Assembly (NCBI GenBank): GCA_031364845.1
Contig: JANLWX010000231.1
Coordinates: 51,864-115,863, forward strand
Direction of reading: 5' to 3'
Source of the DNA: Candidatus Eiseniibacteriota bacterium
GTDB taxonomy: Bacteria; Eisenbacteria; RBG-16-71-46
Length of the DNA: 64,000 nt
Shown: positions 9,365 through 17,565 of the stretch, piece by piece
Layout: every line of letters begins with the position of its first letter
How positions within the stretch are numbered: the first letter of the stretch is position 1
Position numbers and translations under genes: made by a program
The notes under the pieces: generated by a model
Told to the model about the DNA's origin: nothing
The model's input: only the letters and a program-made list of their open reading frames with translations
The model's database searches: none

Positions 9365-9874
9365 TCACGGCGCGCGAAAACGAATTCTTCCCTGGGCGTC
9401 CCACGCCGTGATCGTTCCCGCGCCGTCCTCGCGCGCGCCGATCACGACGCTCGAACCGTCCTTTTGCCTGCCCACTGCGAGTTCGGACCGGCGCGAACCG
9501 ACCAGCGAAGCGAGCCCGGTGCCGTCCGGTCCTTTGAGTGTGAGATGCGCGACCCCGTTCTGCTGTGCTTCGAGCAGCACGGCACCCGTCGCGCCCGCGC
9601 GGCCGAGCACCAGCCGGATGGTCCCGTTGCGATCGACCTCCATGCCGCCCACCGGACGGCTGTCCGGATCACGCAGGAGAATACGATTCGCCTCGATCAC
9701 ATCGAAACGCCCGGTCGTCGCGGGAACCAGCGAGCGTCCGCGCGGCATCGCCAGCGTCGCCGCCATGGTGGCGATCGCCACGAACATCGCGACCACCGCG
9801 ATGCCGCGCGCGCTCTGGTTCTGGCGCTCGAGGGCTTCGACTCGTTCCACGAGGATCTGCATTTCCGGATTCAC
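9365..9874 (-). CDS. Hypothetical membrane-anchored protein (coiled coil, TM segment, beta-rich domain)
   Basis: GTG start at 9874 with GGAGG RBS; LVERVEALERQNQ, a hydrophobic segment, then VIEANRILLRDPD. Confidence 0.75.
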   Translation of the reverse strand: MNPEMQILVERVEALERQNQSARGIAVVAMFVAIATMAATLAMPRGRSLVPATTGRFDVIEANRILLRDPDSRPVGGMEVDRNGTIRLVLGRAGATGAVLLEAQQNGVAHLTLKGPDGTGLASLVGSRRSELAVGRQKDGSSVVIGAREDGAGTITAWDAQGRIRFRAP

Positions 9875-9887
9875 GGGGTCCTCCGCA

Positions 9888-10337
9888 TCAGCTGCCGAGC
9901 CATTTCCGGGCGGCGAGCGACAGTCGCTCGCGACCGAGCAGATAGAGCCATGCCGCGCTCGCGGCCACCAGCCCCGATACACGGATGACGGCGTTCGCGA
10001 AGCGTGCCGCCTGATCGGCGTCGGCGGACGACATCATGACTTTCAACGCGGCCACCAGCGACAGTACTTCGATTCCGAACAGCAGCGGGATGCCGATCGC
10101 CGCCGCGCTCAGGCGCCGCGCGCGCGTTGCCCACGCGCTCGCGAGACACAGTGCGACGAACACGCCGATGTCGAACGGATAGAACAGCTCGAGGTCGACG
10201 ATCTCGATCTCGCTTCCACGCGGTGCCGCGATGCGTGCGCCGACCGCGGCCACGGCGTGTTCCCACGACGGATGCAGGTGCCACGCCACGAAGAACGCGA
10301 GCGTGGCCCACGCCATGAAGCGCAACAGGAACTTCAC
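9888..10337 (-). CDS. Exosortase-associated membrane protein (degenerate exosortase-like fold)
   Basis: The GTG start overlaps the upstream TGA (GTGA). About 4 TM segments. VFVALCLASAWATRARRLSAAAIGIPLLFGIEVL parallels the exosortase LAFP..WRQRALGLLFG..IHLFN segment but lacks the catalytic residues. Confidence 0.7.
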   Translation of the reverse strand: MKFLLRFMAWATLAFFVAWHLHPSWEHAVAAVGARIAAPRGSEIEIVDLELFYPFDIGVFVALCLASAWATRARRLSAAAIGIPLLFGIEVLSLVAALKVMMSSADADQAARFANAVIRVSGLVAASAAWLYLLGRERLSLAARKWLGS

Positions 10338-10870
10338 GCCGCCGCCGGCTTGCGAGTGGAAGCGGCAGGTCCGATCCAGCGCAGCCACAATGCAAACGTG
10401 GCGAACAACACCAGCACGGTTCCCGTCTGCCACAGATACACGTGCGCAAAGTCGAACCATGCAGGGCGCCAGATCAGGATCTGGATCAATGCAATGATCC
10501 GCACGGTGTTGAATAGATGGATGACGATTGCGCCGAACAGGAGGCCGAGCGCTCGCTGGCGCCATCCCGATGGGAACGCGAGCACCACCGCCGCGAAGAT
10601 CAGGTAGGGAATGTGCGGGCTGCAGTCGCTCACGATGCTGACCCCCTGCCCGCCCGCGTAGATCGAATCGCCGACGCGCCGGACTTCCTGCCGCGTCAGC
10701 CGGAATGCCTGCTCGACCGTCCCCACCGTGATCGCGATGCCGAATCGCTCGACGCCGGGAAAACGGCTGAGCACGAGCAGCGCCACTCCCCAGTAAGCCA
10801 CACACAGGGCGAGGAAGCGCAGCACCGGACTCTTGGAGTTCGTGGGAAGCGGCTTGGGCTTGCGGCTCAT
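10334..10870 (-). CDS. Exosortase/archaeosortase-family transpeptidase, exosortase H-like
   Basis: Cys-Arg-His triad in the family spacing: SIVSDC, HLFNTVRIIAL, WFDFAHVYLWQ. Short (178 aa) multi-TM form. Confidence 0.88.
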   Translation of the reverse strand: MSRKPKPLPTNSKSPVLRFLALCVAYWGVALLVLSRFPGVERFGIAITVGTVEQAFRLTRQEVRRVGDSIYAGGQGVSIVSDCSPHIPYLIFAAVVLAFPSGWRQRALGLLFGAIVIHLFNTVRIIALIQILIWRPAWFDFAHVYLWQTGTVLVLFATFALWLRWIGPAASTRKPAAA

Positions 10871-11047
10871 GATCGATGGTAGGGTGAAGGGTGTGTTGCG
10901 AGGCTGTCGCGAACTGCACGCGTCGCCATGGATGTCACGATGTGTCGCGAGGCCGCCGGCGGCCGAGCGTCATTCGGCGCGAGGTTACGCCCGCCAGCCA
11001 CGCGCGCCAAACTCGAAGCGCGCGAATTCCATGATCCGGGAGCTGTG

Positions 11048-12646
11048 ATGCCGCCACGACCCGCCTCTCCATCGACGCGCACCGTCACGTTGTTGATCGC
11101 CGCCGGCTTTGCGATCCGGCTGTGGGTCGCGATGCGCGCCGGAATCATCGAACACGACGGCGCCTACTACGCCGGACTGGCCGCGGCGCTACTGCGTGGG
11201 GATACCGCACACGCGTGGAGCACGGTGTGGCCTCCGCTCTATCCGGTTCTGGTCGCGATCGCTGCATGGCCGTTCGCCTCCGCGCAGTCGCTGACTCCCG
11301 AGCGTCTCGAGATTGCGGCACGGCTGGTCTCGGTCGTCGCGGGAACCATTGCACTCGCGCTGCTGCATCGCTGGGCGCATCGCAAGGCCGGTGAGCGCGC
11401 CGCACTCGTGACGCTCGGCGTCGCCGCGTTCCACCCGCGGCTCGTTCAATACTCGGCGAGCGCGTTGACCGAGATGACGTTCATCGCGCTGCTGCTCGCC
11501 GGCCTCACACTCATCGCGTCGGGTGACGATGAGGAGGGTCAACGTCCGCCGGGTGCCGGCACCGATCTCGCCGCGGGTGCCGCGTTCGGTCTCGCTTCGC
11601 TCGCCCGTCCCGAAGGCATCGTGCTCGCCGCGGCGGTGGCGATGGCACTCGCGCTGCGCGGAGTGCGCGCCGCGCGGCCGCGGCTGAGGCTCGCGTTTCT
11701 GCTCGGCGTCATGGTGACCGTGTTGCCGTGGGCCGCATATCTCAACGCTCAACTGGGCCACGTGTCACTCGGCGAGAAGGGAGCGTACAATTTCTGGCGC
11801 GAGTTCAAGCTGGAGTATCGCGCGCACTTTGGTGATCCGCCGGGTCTCTCCGAGCGCGTGTTCGAGAGCCCGGAACTCGCCGCCTCGATCCCCCCCGCGC
11901 CAGTGAACGTCGGGGGATTCGTGCGTGCGGAGCCGGGGCTCGTGATGTCGCGATCGATCGGGCGGCTGTGGCGCATCGTCTCGCAATCAATGCCGCAGGC
12001 GTGTTATCCGGTGTGGTTCGCGTTCGCGATCCTCGGCATTCCGCTGCTGACCCGGCGCGAGTGGTGGCCGGCCGCGGCGATGCTGGCGGCACTTCCGCTC
12101 CTCTACGCTCCGTTCTCGTCGGACCGGCGTTTCATGGTGCCGGCCGTCCCGCTGCTGCTCGCCCTCCTACCCGCCGGGATCGAACGCGTGGCCGCGTGGT
12201 TCGCACCCGTGGCCCGCCGCGGGCTGGTTGCGGGAGCGCTCGCATTGGCCCTCGCGTTCGCGGGACTCGTCTACACGATGGTCCATCCGCTCATGGACGA
12301 AGCCCCCGAACATCGCGAAGCCGGTCGATGGCTGCGGGCCGCCTGGCCCGGGCTCGCGACCGAGGCCACCGCGCGGCCGGTCGTCATGTCGCGCAAGACG
12401 TGGGTCGCCTTCTACGCCGGCGGGATCATCGCGGAGCTGCCGGAAGGCGGCATCGATTCGGTGCTGAGCCGCGCGCGCCGCAAGCGCGCCGACGTGCTGG
12501 TGGTCGACGAACGCTGGGCGGCGCCGAATCGTCCGGAACTCGCACCGCTGCTCGATCCCGCGCGCGCGCCCGCATCGTTGCGCGTGTTGCACATCATCAC
12601 GTCTCCGCGGCGGCTGGTGCTCTACGACCTGCGCGGGGCGCGCTGA
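11048..12646 (+). CDS. GT-C fold glycosyltransferase (ArnT/PMT, GT39-like)
   Basis: EHDGAYY, WPPLYPVL, ARLVS, LTE and LARPEG motifs in a multi-TM protein. Start uncertain (10928 or 11048). Confidence 0.85.
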   Translation: MPPRPASPSTRTVTLLIAAGFAIRLWVAMRAGIIEHDGAYYAGLAAALLRGDTAHAWSTVWPPLYPVLVAIAAWPFASAQSLTPERLEIAARLVSVVAGTIALALLHRWAHRKAGERAALVTLGVAAFHPRLVQYSASALTEMTFIALLLAGLTLIASGDDEEGQRPPGAGTDLAAGAAFGLASLARPEGIVLAAAVAMALALRGVRAARPRLRLAFLLGVMVTVLPWAAYLNAQLGHVSLGEKGAYNFWREFKLEYRAHFGDPPGLSERVFESPELAASIPPAPVNVGGFVRAEPGLVMSRSIGRLWRIVSQSMPQACYPVWFAFAILGIPLLTRREWWPAAAMLAALPLLYAPFSSDRRFMVPAVPLLLALLPAGIERVAAWFAPVARRGLVAGALALALAFAGLVYTMVHPLMDEAPEHREAGRWLRAAWPGLATEATARPVVMSRKTWVAFYAGGIIAELPEGGIDSVLSRARRKRADVLVVDERWAAPNRPELAPLLDPARAPASLRVLHIITSPRRLVLYDLRGAR

Positions 12647-12658
12647 TCTCCACCCCGG

Positions 12659-13465
12659 CTACTCGATCCGGATGTGCTTGCGGTCGATCACCGCTTTCGG
12701 AATCCGGGGCGCCATCTTCTCCAACGCATCGACGACGATCTGCGAAACGGCGGCGTTGCGATACCAGTTGCGGTTCGCCGGAATCACGAACCACGGTGCC
12801 GCCTCGGTGCTGCAACGGCGCAAAGCCTGCTCGTAGGCCGCCTGGTAGTCGTCCCACCGGGCGCGCTCCTCGAGATCGCGGGGCGAGTACTTCCAGCCCT
12901 TGCGCGGATCCTCGATGCGCTCGATGAAGCGCTGCTTCTGTTCGTCTTTGCTGATGTGGAGGAAGAACTTGAGAATCGTGGTGCCGTTGTCGGACAGGTG
13001 GCGCTCGAAGGCATTGATCTGGTCGTAACGCGCGGACCACACGTTCTCCGGAACGAGCTGGTGTACGCGGACCACGAGCACATCTTCATAGTGCGAACGG
13101 TTGAAGATGCCGACTTCGCCCTTGCCGGGGACCGCCTTCCAGATGCGCCACAGGAAGTCATGGTCCGCCTCCTCGCTCGAAGGCACCTTGAACGAAGTCA
13201 CGCGGCATCCTTGCGGATTGAACGCCGCGGCGAGGCTGCGGATGGTTCCGTCCTTGCCCCCGGCGTCCATCGCCTGGAGGACGATGAGCAGCGACCGACG
13301 ATGCTCGGCGTACAGATTGAACTGGAGCTCGTCGATGCGCTCGAGATTCTTTGCGAGCACTTCGGCGCCTTCCGCCTTGTTGCGAATGCCGGGGGTCGAG
13401 TCGGGATCTCTCGATGCGAGCTTGAACTTTCCGAGTGAGACCGAAAGCTTGCGGGTGAGGTTCAT
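12659..13465 (-). CDS. ppk2: Polyphosphate kinase 2 family protein (class III-like)
   Basis: LQAMDAGGKDG Walker A, SFKVPS, HDFLWR, FNRSHYEDV, FFLHISKDEQ and APWFVIPA. Confidence 0.95.
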   Translation of the reverse strand: MNLTRKLSVSLGKFKLASRDPDSTPGIRNKAEGAEVLAKNLERIDELQFNLYAEHRRSLLIVLQAMDAGGKDGTIRSLAAAFNPQGCRVTSFKVPSSEEADHDFLWRIWKAVPGKGEVGIFNRSHYEDVLVVRVHQLVPENVWSARYDQINAFERHLSDNGTTILKFFLHISKDEQKQRFIERIEDPRKGWKYSPRDLEERARWDDYQAAYEQALRRCSTEAAPWFVIPANRNWYRNAAVSQIVVDALEKMAPRIPKAVIDRKHIRIE

Positions 13466-13562
13466 GGATCCTCGGTTGGTAGAAGTGACGCGTCGCGATC
13501 GCCGGGATGACCTCAGGGCGAATCACCTTCGGGGCCGGTCCGTGGCGGATGAGCAGCAGCGA

Positions 13563-13589
13563 TGCAACCTTTCAGCGGGCTGACAGTAT
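13563..13589 (+). promoter_or_regulatory. Possible ECF-sigma (SigW-like) promoter upstream of the DUF4097 gene
   Basis: TGCAAC-N16-AGTAT resembles TGAAAC-N16-CGTA; a strong hairpin follows at 13611-13648. Confidence 0.3.
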
Positions 13590-13705
13590 CCTATGAGCAT
13601 TGCAGGGCTCGAACCCCCGCCGCTGCAGACCGGGATGCGGCGGGGTTCCATCTTATGATCCATGCCGCAAGGCCGCCGCCCATCGAAACCACCTGAGGTC
13701 ACGCC

Positions 13706-14854
13706 GTGAAAACTATGGCCAGCAGCAAGTTGCTCGTCGTTCGCGCGGCCACAGCCCCGCGTCCGGCGCTCCCGGGTGCCGTGCTCACTCTGCTCGTCTT
13801 GGGACTGTTCATCGCGGCCGCACTGGTCATCTCTCCGCCGATCGCACTCAGCGCCGAACAGTACACGGTGCGCGGCTCGGACATCTCGATCTACAACCTC
13901 GCCGGCCAGGTCTCGGTGGTTCCCTCCCGCGGTTCCGAGGTTGTGGTCGAGTTGACGCGCGGCGGCCCCGACGCCGAGCGGCTGGTGGTCGAGAGCGGCT
14001 CCAAAGGCGATCGCCAGACGCTGCGCGTCATCTATCCCGGCAACCGCATCGTCTATCGCAAGCTCGGCGCGGGTTCGAGCACCCACCTTCGTGTGCGCCG
14101 CGACGGCACCTTCGGGGACGGCGGCGCCGAGTTGATGGCGATGGGCGGCCGCGTGACGATCGCCGGGAACGGCCGCGGCACCGAAGCGTTCGCCGATCTG
14201 CGCATCCTCGTGCCCAACCGCAAGAACGTTCACGTGTTCCTCGGCGCCGGCGGCGCCACGGCCAGTGATGTGAAAGCCGACCTGCGACTCGACACCTCGG
14301 CGGGTGCGGTCGAGTGCCACGGCACGCGCGGCTCACTCGATGTCGACACCGGTTCGGGCTCGGTCGAAGTACGGGCCGCGCAGGGCAGCGTCACCATCGA
14401 CACCGGCTCCGGCAACGTGCTGGCGGAAGACCTGAGCGGTGGCACGATCAAGATCGACACGGGCTCGGGCTCGGTGGCGGTGAACGGAGCGCAGACCTCC
14501 TCGCTCGAGATCGACACCGGATCGGGCAGCGTGATGGTATCCCATCTCGACTCGCCCGGCGTGATGATCGACACCGGCAGCGGACGTGTGAGCGTTCAGC
14601 TCGTGCGCGATCCCGACACGATCAAGATCGACACCGGATCAGGTGACGTCATGGTGCGCGTGCCTTCGAGTTGCGGAGCCGAATTCGAATTCCAGACCGG
14701 AAGCGGTGGAATCGACATCGATCTGCCCCACTCGCTCACGCGGCGTGAGCACGGCTACATGCGCGGCCGGATCGGTGACGGCGGCGGAACGATCAACGTC
14801 GACACCGGCTCCGGCAGCATCCACGTGTTGAGCTCGGGGCGCAGCGGCACATAA
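13706..14854 (+). CDS. DUF4097 family beta-strand repeat (putative adhesin-like) protein
   Basis: Signal or TM segment; about 9 [IV]DTGSG-type repeats. Confidence 0.88.
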   Translation: MKTMASSKLLVVRAATAPRPALPGAVLTLLVLGLFIAAALVISPPIALSAEQYTVRGSDISIYNLAGQVSVVPSRGSEVVVELTRGGPDAERLVVESGSKGDRQTLRVIYPGNRIVYRKLGAGSSTHLRVRRDGTFGDGGAELMAMGGRVTIAGNGRGTEAFADLRILVPNRKNVHVFLGAGGATASDVKADLRLDTSAGAVECHGTRGSLDVDTGSGSVEVRAAQGSVTIDTGSGNVLAEDLSGGTIKIDTGSGSVAVNGAQTSSLEIDTGSGSVMVSHLDSPGVMIDTGSGRVSVQLVRDPDTIKIDTGSGDVMVRVPSSCGAEFEFQTGSGGIDIDLPHSLTRREHGYMRGRIGDGGGTINVDTGSGSIHVLSSGRSGT

Positions 14855-14888
14855 CTCCGGGCGGCGCGGTCGGGTAATATCGCGCCGC

Positions 14889-16982
14889 ATGAAACCTTCA
14901 CGACCCTCACGCCGCCGTGCCGTGGCTCCCGTTTCCGGGGGCCACGTTCGGTTGCCCGCCGACTCCCGGACCCCGGCGCTGCCGCTCTCCCACCCTGCGA
15001 TGCTCGCCGCGGCGATCGCGTGCATCGCGAGCATCGTGCTCTCGGTGTCCTACCAGATCTACGACACCGACCTGTGGCAGCTGCTCGTCGTCGGCAAGGC
15101 GATCTGGGCGCGCCACGCCGTGCCCGGCACCGATGAGTGGACGTGGGTCGGATTCGGCGATCCCCAGGTCACCTCGTCATGGGCCTTTCGCGCGCTGATC
15201 TGGCCGCTGTGGTCCGCGCTGGGGATCACGGGCCTGTTCCTCTACAAATGGTCGGCCACGCTCGCCGCATTCGGATTGATGTGGCTCGCTTCGCGGCGCA
15301 TGGGTGCCCGGGGTTTCGTGCCGTTCGTCGTGATCGCGTGGAGCGTGCTCCTGTTCCGCCAGCGCGCCGAAGTCCGCCCGGAAACGCTGAGCGCCGTGCT
15401 GCTCGCGCTCGAGATCCTGATCCTCGAGTCGTGGCGCAACGGAGGACGCGACCGGCGGCCATGGCTGATCGCGATCGCGCTCGTGTGGGCCGACGTCCAC
15501 ATCTCCTGGTGGCTCGGCCTCGCACTGATCGGAATCTATGCGCTCGACGATCTGATCGCCGGATCGAAGCGGCACGCTTCCGATCCGGGCGCCGGTGCCC
15601 TTTCAACGACGAGGCTGACGCGCCTTCGCACCTTCGCGCTCTTGGGCGCCGCATGCGCGCTGGTGTCGCTCGTGAATCCGTTCGGAGCGCGCGCATTGAT
15701 CCAGCCGTTCGAATTCGCGCTGCGCTGGCGGAACGAACCGATGTTCCGCAACGTGGTCGAGCTGTTCCCGGTCAACTGGCGCGCGCATCTCACCGACGGA
15801 CTGCCGTTGATGGTCGGCCTGTGGCCGCTGCTGCTCATCCTGCGCTGGCGCCGTCGCGGGCCGGATGTCGCGGGCATCCTCATGTGCGTGGCGTTCACGA
15901 CGCTCGGCATCCGCTCGCAGCGCTTCCTCGGATTCTACGCGCTGGTCGCGGCACCGTTCGTTGCTCGCGATCTTCAGGCAGTGGTCGAATCGTTGCGGTG
16001 GCCTGCGGTGTTGCGCGCGTCGTGGGTGCGCAGCGCGCTCGCATGCACCGCATGCCTGGCGCTGGGGGTGGCCGAGTGGTCGCGCCCGGAGTTGCCGTTG
16101 CGCGTGGCGTTCGACCGCACGCTGTTTCCCGCGGCGGCGGCCGACTTCATGGAACAGAACGGCGTGAGCGGGCGCATGTTCAACCACTTCCACCTCGGCG
16201 GCTATCTCGCCTATCGCGCGTGGCCTGCGCGCGACCGCCTGCCGTTCGTGACGACCCAGCCCGAGAACATCCGTCCCGAGATTCGCGCGCGCTACCCGCG
16301 CGTGTTCGTAGACCGTGCGGCGTGGGATGCGCTCGACGCCGACTATCACTTCGACATCGCGGTGCTCGATCGCGATCAGGATCCCGGCGACCGGCTGCTC
16401 GACTATCTCGACGCGGACACGACGTGGGCGCTGGTGTTCTCGGACGATGCGGCTCAGTTGCTGGTGCGCCGCCGCGGCGCTCTGGCGACGGTCGCCGAAC
16501 GATTCGGGTATCGCATCCTGCCGGCCGGAATTCAGCGGCGCATGCAGATCGTGCCGGCCGCGGCCCAGGACACGGCGTTCCGCGCCGCGGCCAAGTCCGA
16601 GCTGGAGCGCATGGCGCGCAGCTCGCCTGAGAACGGCAGCGTCCATCACATGCTCGGAATCTTTGCGATGATGGACGGACGCAACGACGAGGCGCGCGAA
16701 CATCTGATGCATGCGCTCCGGAACAAGCCGTTCCTTCCCAAGGTCCACGAGCTGCTCGGGATCGTGGCGCTCGGGCAGGGTGATACGCGCGCGGCGCTGC
16801 GGGAGTTCGAGCGCGAGCGCGCGTTGCACGGCGCGCCGGCCGGGATCGACACGCGGATCGGTTCGGCGCACGAGGCGTTGGGCGATGTGCGCGCGGCGCG
16901 GCGCGCGTATCAGCGCGAACTGCGTGAGCATCCCGACAACGCGGAGGCGGCGGCGGCGCTCGGGCGGCTGGGTCCCGGATAG
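14889..16982 (+). CDS. Multi-TM GT-C-like membrane protein with C-terminal TPR repeats
   Basis: YDTDLWQLLVVG (DxDLW-type loop), VRPE, WADVH, NPFG, FPAAAADF and FHLGGYL; C-terminal TPR-like helices (HHMLGIFA..GRNDEAREHL). Confidence 0.8.
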   Translation: MKPSRPSRRRAVAPVSGGHVRLPADSRTPALPLSHPAMLAAAIACIASIVLSVSYQIYDTDLWQLLVVGKAIWARHAVPGTDEWTWVGFGDPQVTSSWAFRALIWPLWSALGITGLFLYKWSATLAAFGLMWLASRRMGARGFVPFVVIAWSVLLFRQRAEVRPETLSAVLLALEILILESWRNGGRDRRPWLIAIALVWADVHISWWLGLALIGIYALDDLIAGSKRHASDPGAGALSTTRLTRLRTFALLGAACALVSLVNPFGARALIQPFEFALRWRNEPMFRNVVELFPVNWRAHLTDGLPLMVGLWPLLLILRWRRRGPDVAGILMCVAFTTLGIRSQRFLGFYALVAAPFVARDLQAVVESLRWPAVLRASWVRSALACTACLALGVAEWSRPELPLRVAFDRTLFPAAAADFMEQNGVSGRMFNHFHLGGYLAYRAWPARDRLPFVTTQPENIRPEIRARYPRVFVDRAAWDALDADYHFDIAVLDRDQDPGDRLLDYLDADTTWALVFSDDAAQLLVRRRGALATVAERFGYRILPAGIQRRMQIVPAAAQDTAFRAAAKSELERMARSSPENGSVHHMLGIFAMMDGRNDEAREHLMHALRNKPFLPKVHELLGIVALGQGDTRAALREFERERALHGAPAGIDTRIGSAHEALGDVRAARRAYQRELREHPDNAEAAAALGRLGPG

Positions 16983-17063
16983 CACTTCGGTCACATGACG
17001 ACGCGCGCCCGAAGTGGACCTACGATCACGCGGTCGACAGCCACGTCACCGTGACGGCGGACC

Positions 17064-17498
17064 TCAGAAGTCGAACGCGATTCCCGTTCCGCGGAAGCGA
17101 TTGCGCACCATCGTCATCGGTCCGAGATAGAGGCACTGCTCGTCGCCCCACAACTGAAGTCCGAGCGGGCGGAAGTCGATCAGTGGAATGGACGCAACGT
17201 CTTCGGCGGTGGCGCGGCATTTGAGAACGGTCGTATCGCCGACGCTCACGATCACTTCGCGAGTGGTGTCGAGCACGGCGACTTGAACGCCCGGGATCCG
17301 CGGCACGTTAGCCTCGACGATGAACCGCGCTTGCTGGCCGAGACCGGAAGGGTCACCGCCGGCCCCAGCGGGCGCGGCAATCCACAACCCCGGAACTTCG
17401 CCTCGTTCCACGATCAGCACCGGCTCACCGGATCGAGTGAGCGGCAGCGCCGCTCCCTCGATCACGTTCGAGCACACGTCGAGCGTTCCGTAGGGCAT
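17064..17498 (-). CDS. Hypothetical protein
   Basis: Globular-looking beta-rich sequence (IDFRPLGLQLWGD) filling the gap between two genes. Start 17498 or 17522. Confidence 0.65.
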   Translation of the reverse strand: MPYGTLDVCSNVIEGAALPLTRSGEPVLIVERGEVPGLWIAAPAGAGGDPSGLGQQARFIVEANVPRIPGVQVAVLDTTREVIVSVGDTTVLKCRATAEDVASIPLIDFRPLGLQLWGDEQCLYLGPMTMVRNRFRGTGIAFDF

Positions 17499-17565
17499 TC
17501 CTGCGCGGCGCATCGTCGTCATGCGGACCGTTCGCGATGCGATGCCGCAGGTGGTTCGCGTCTCA

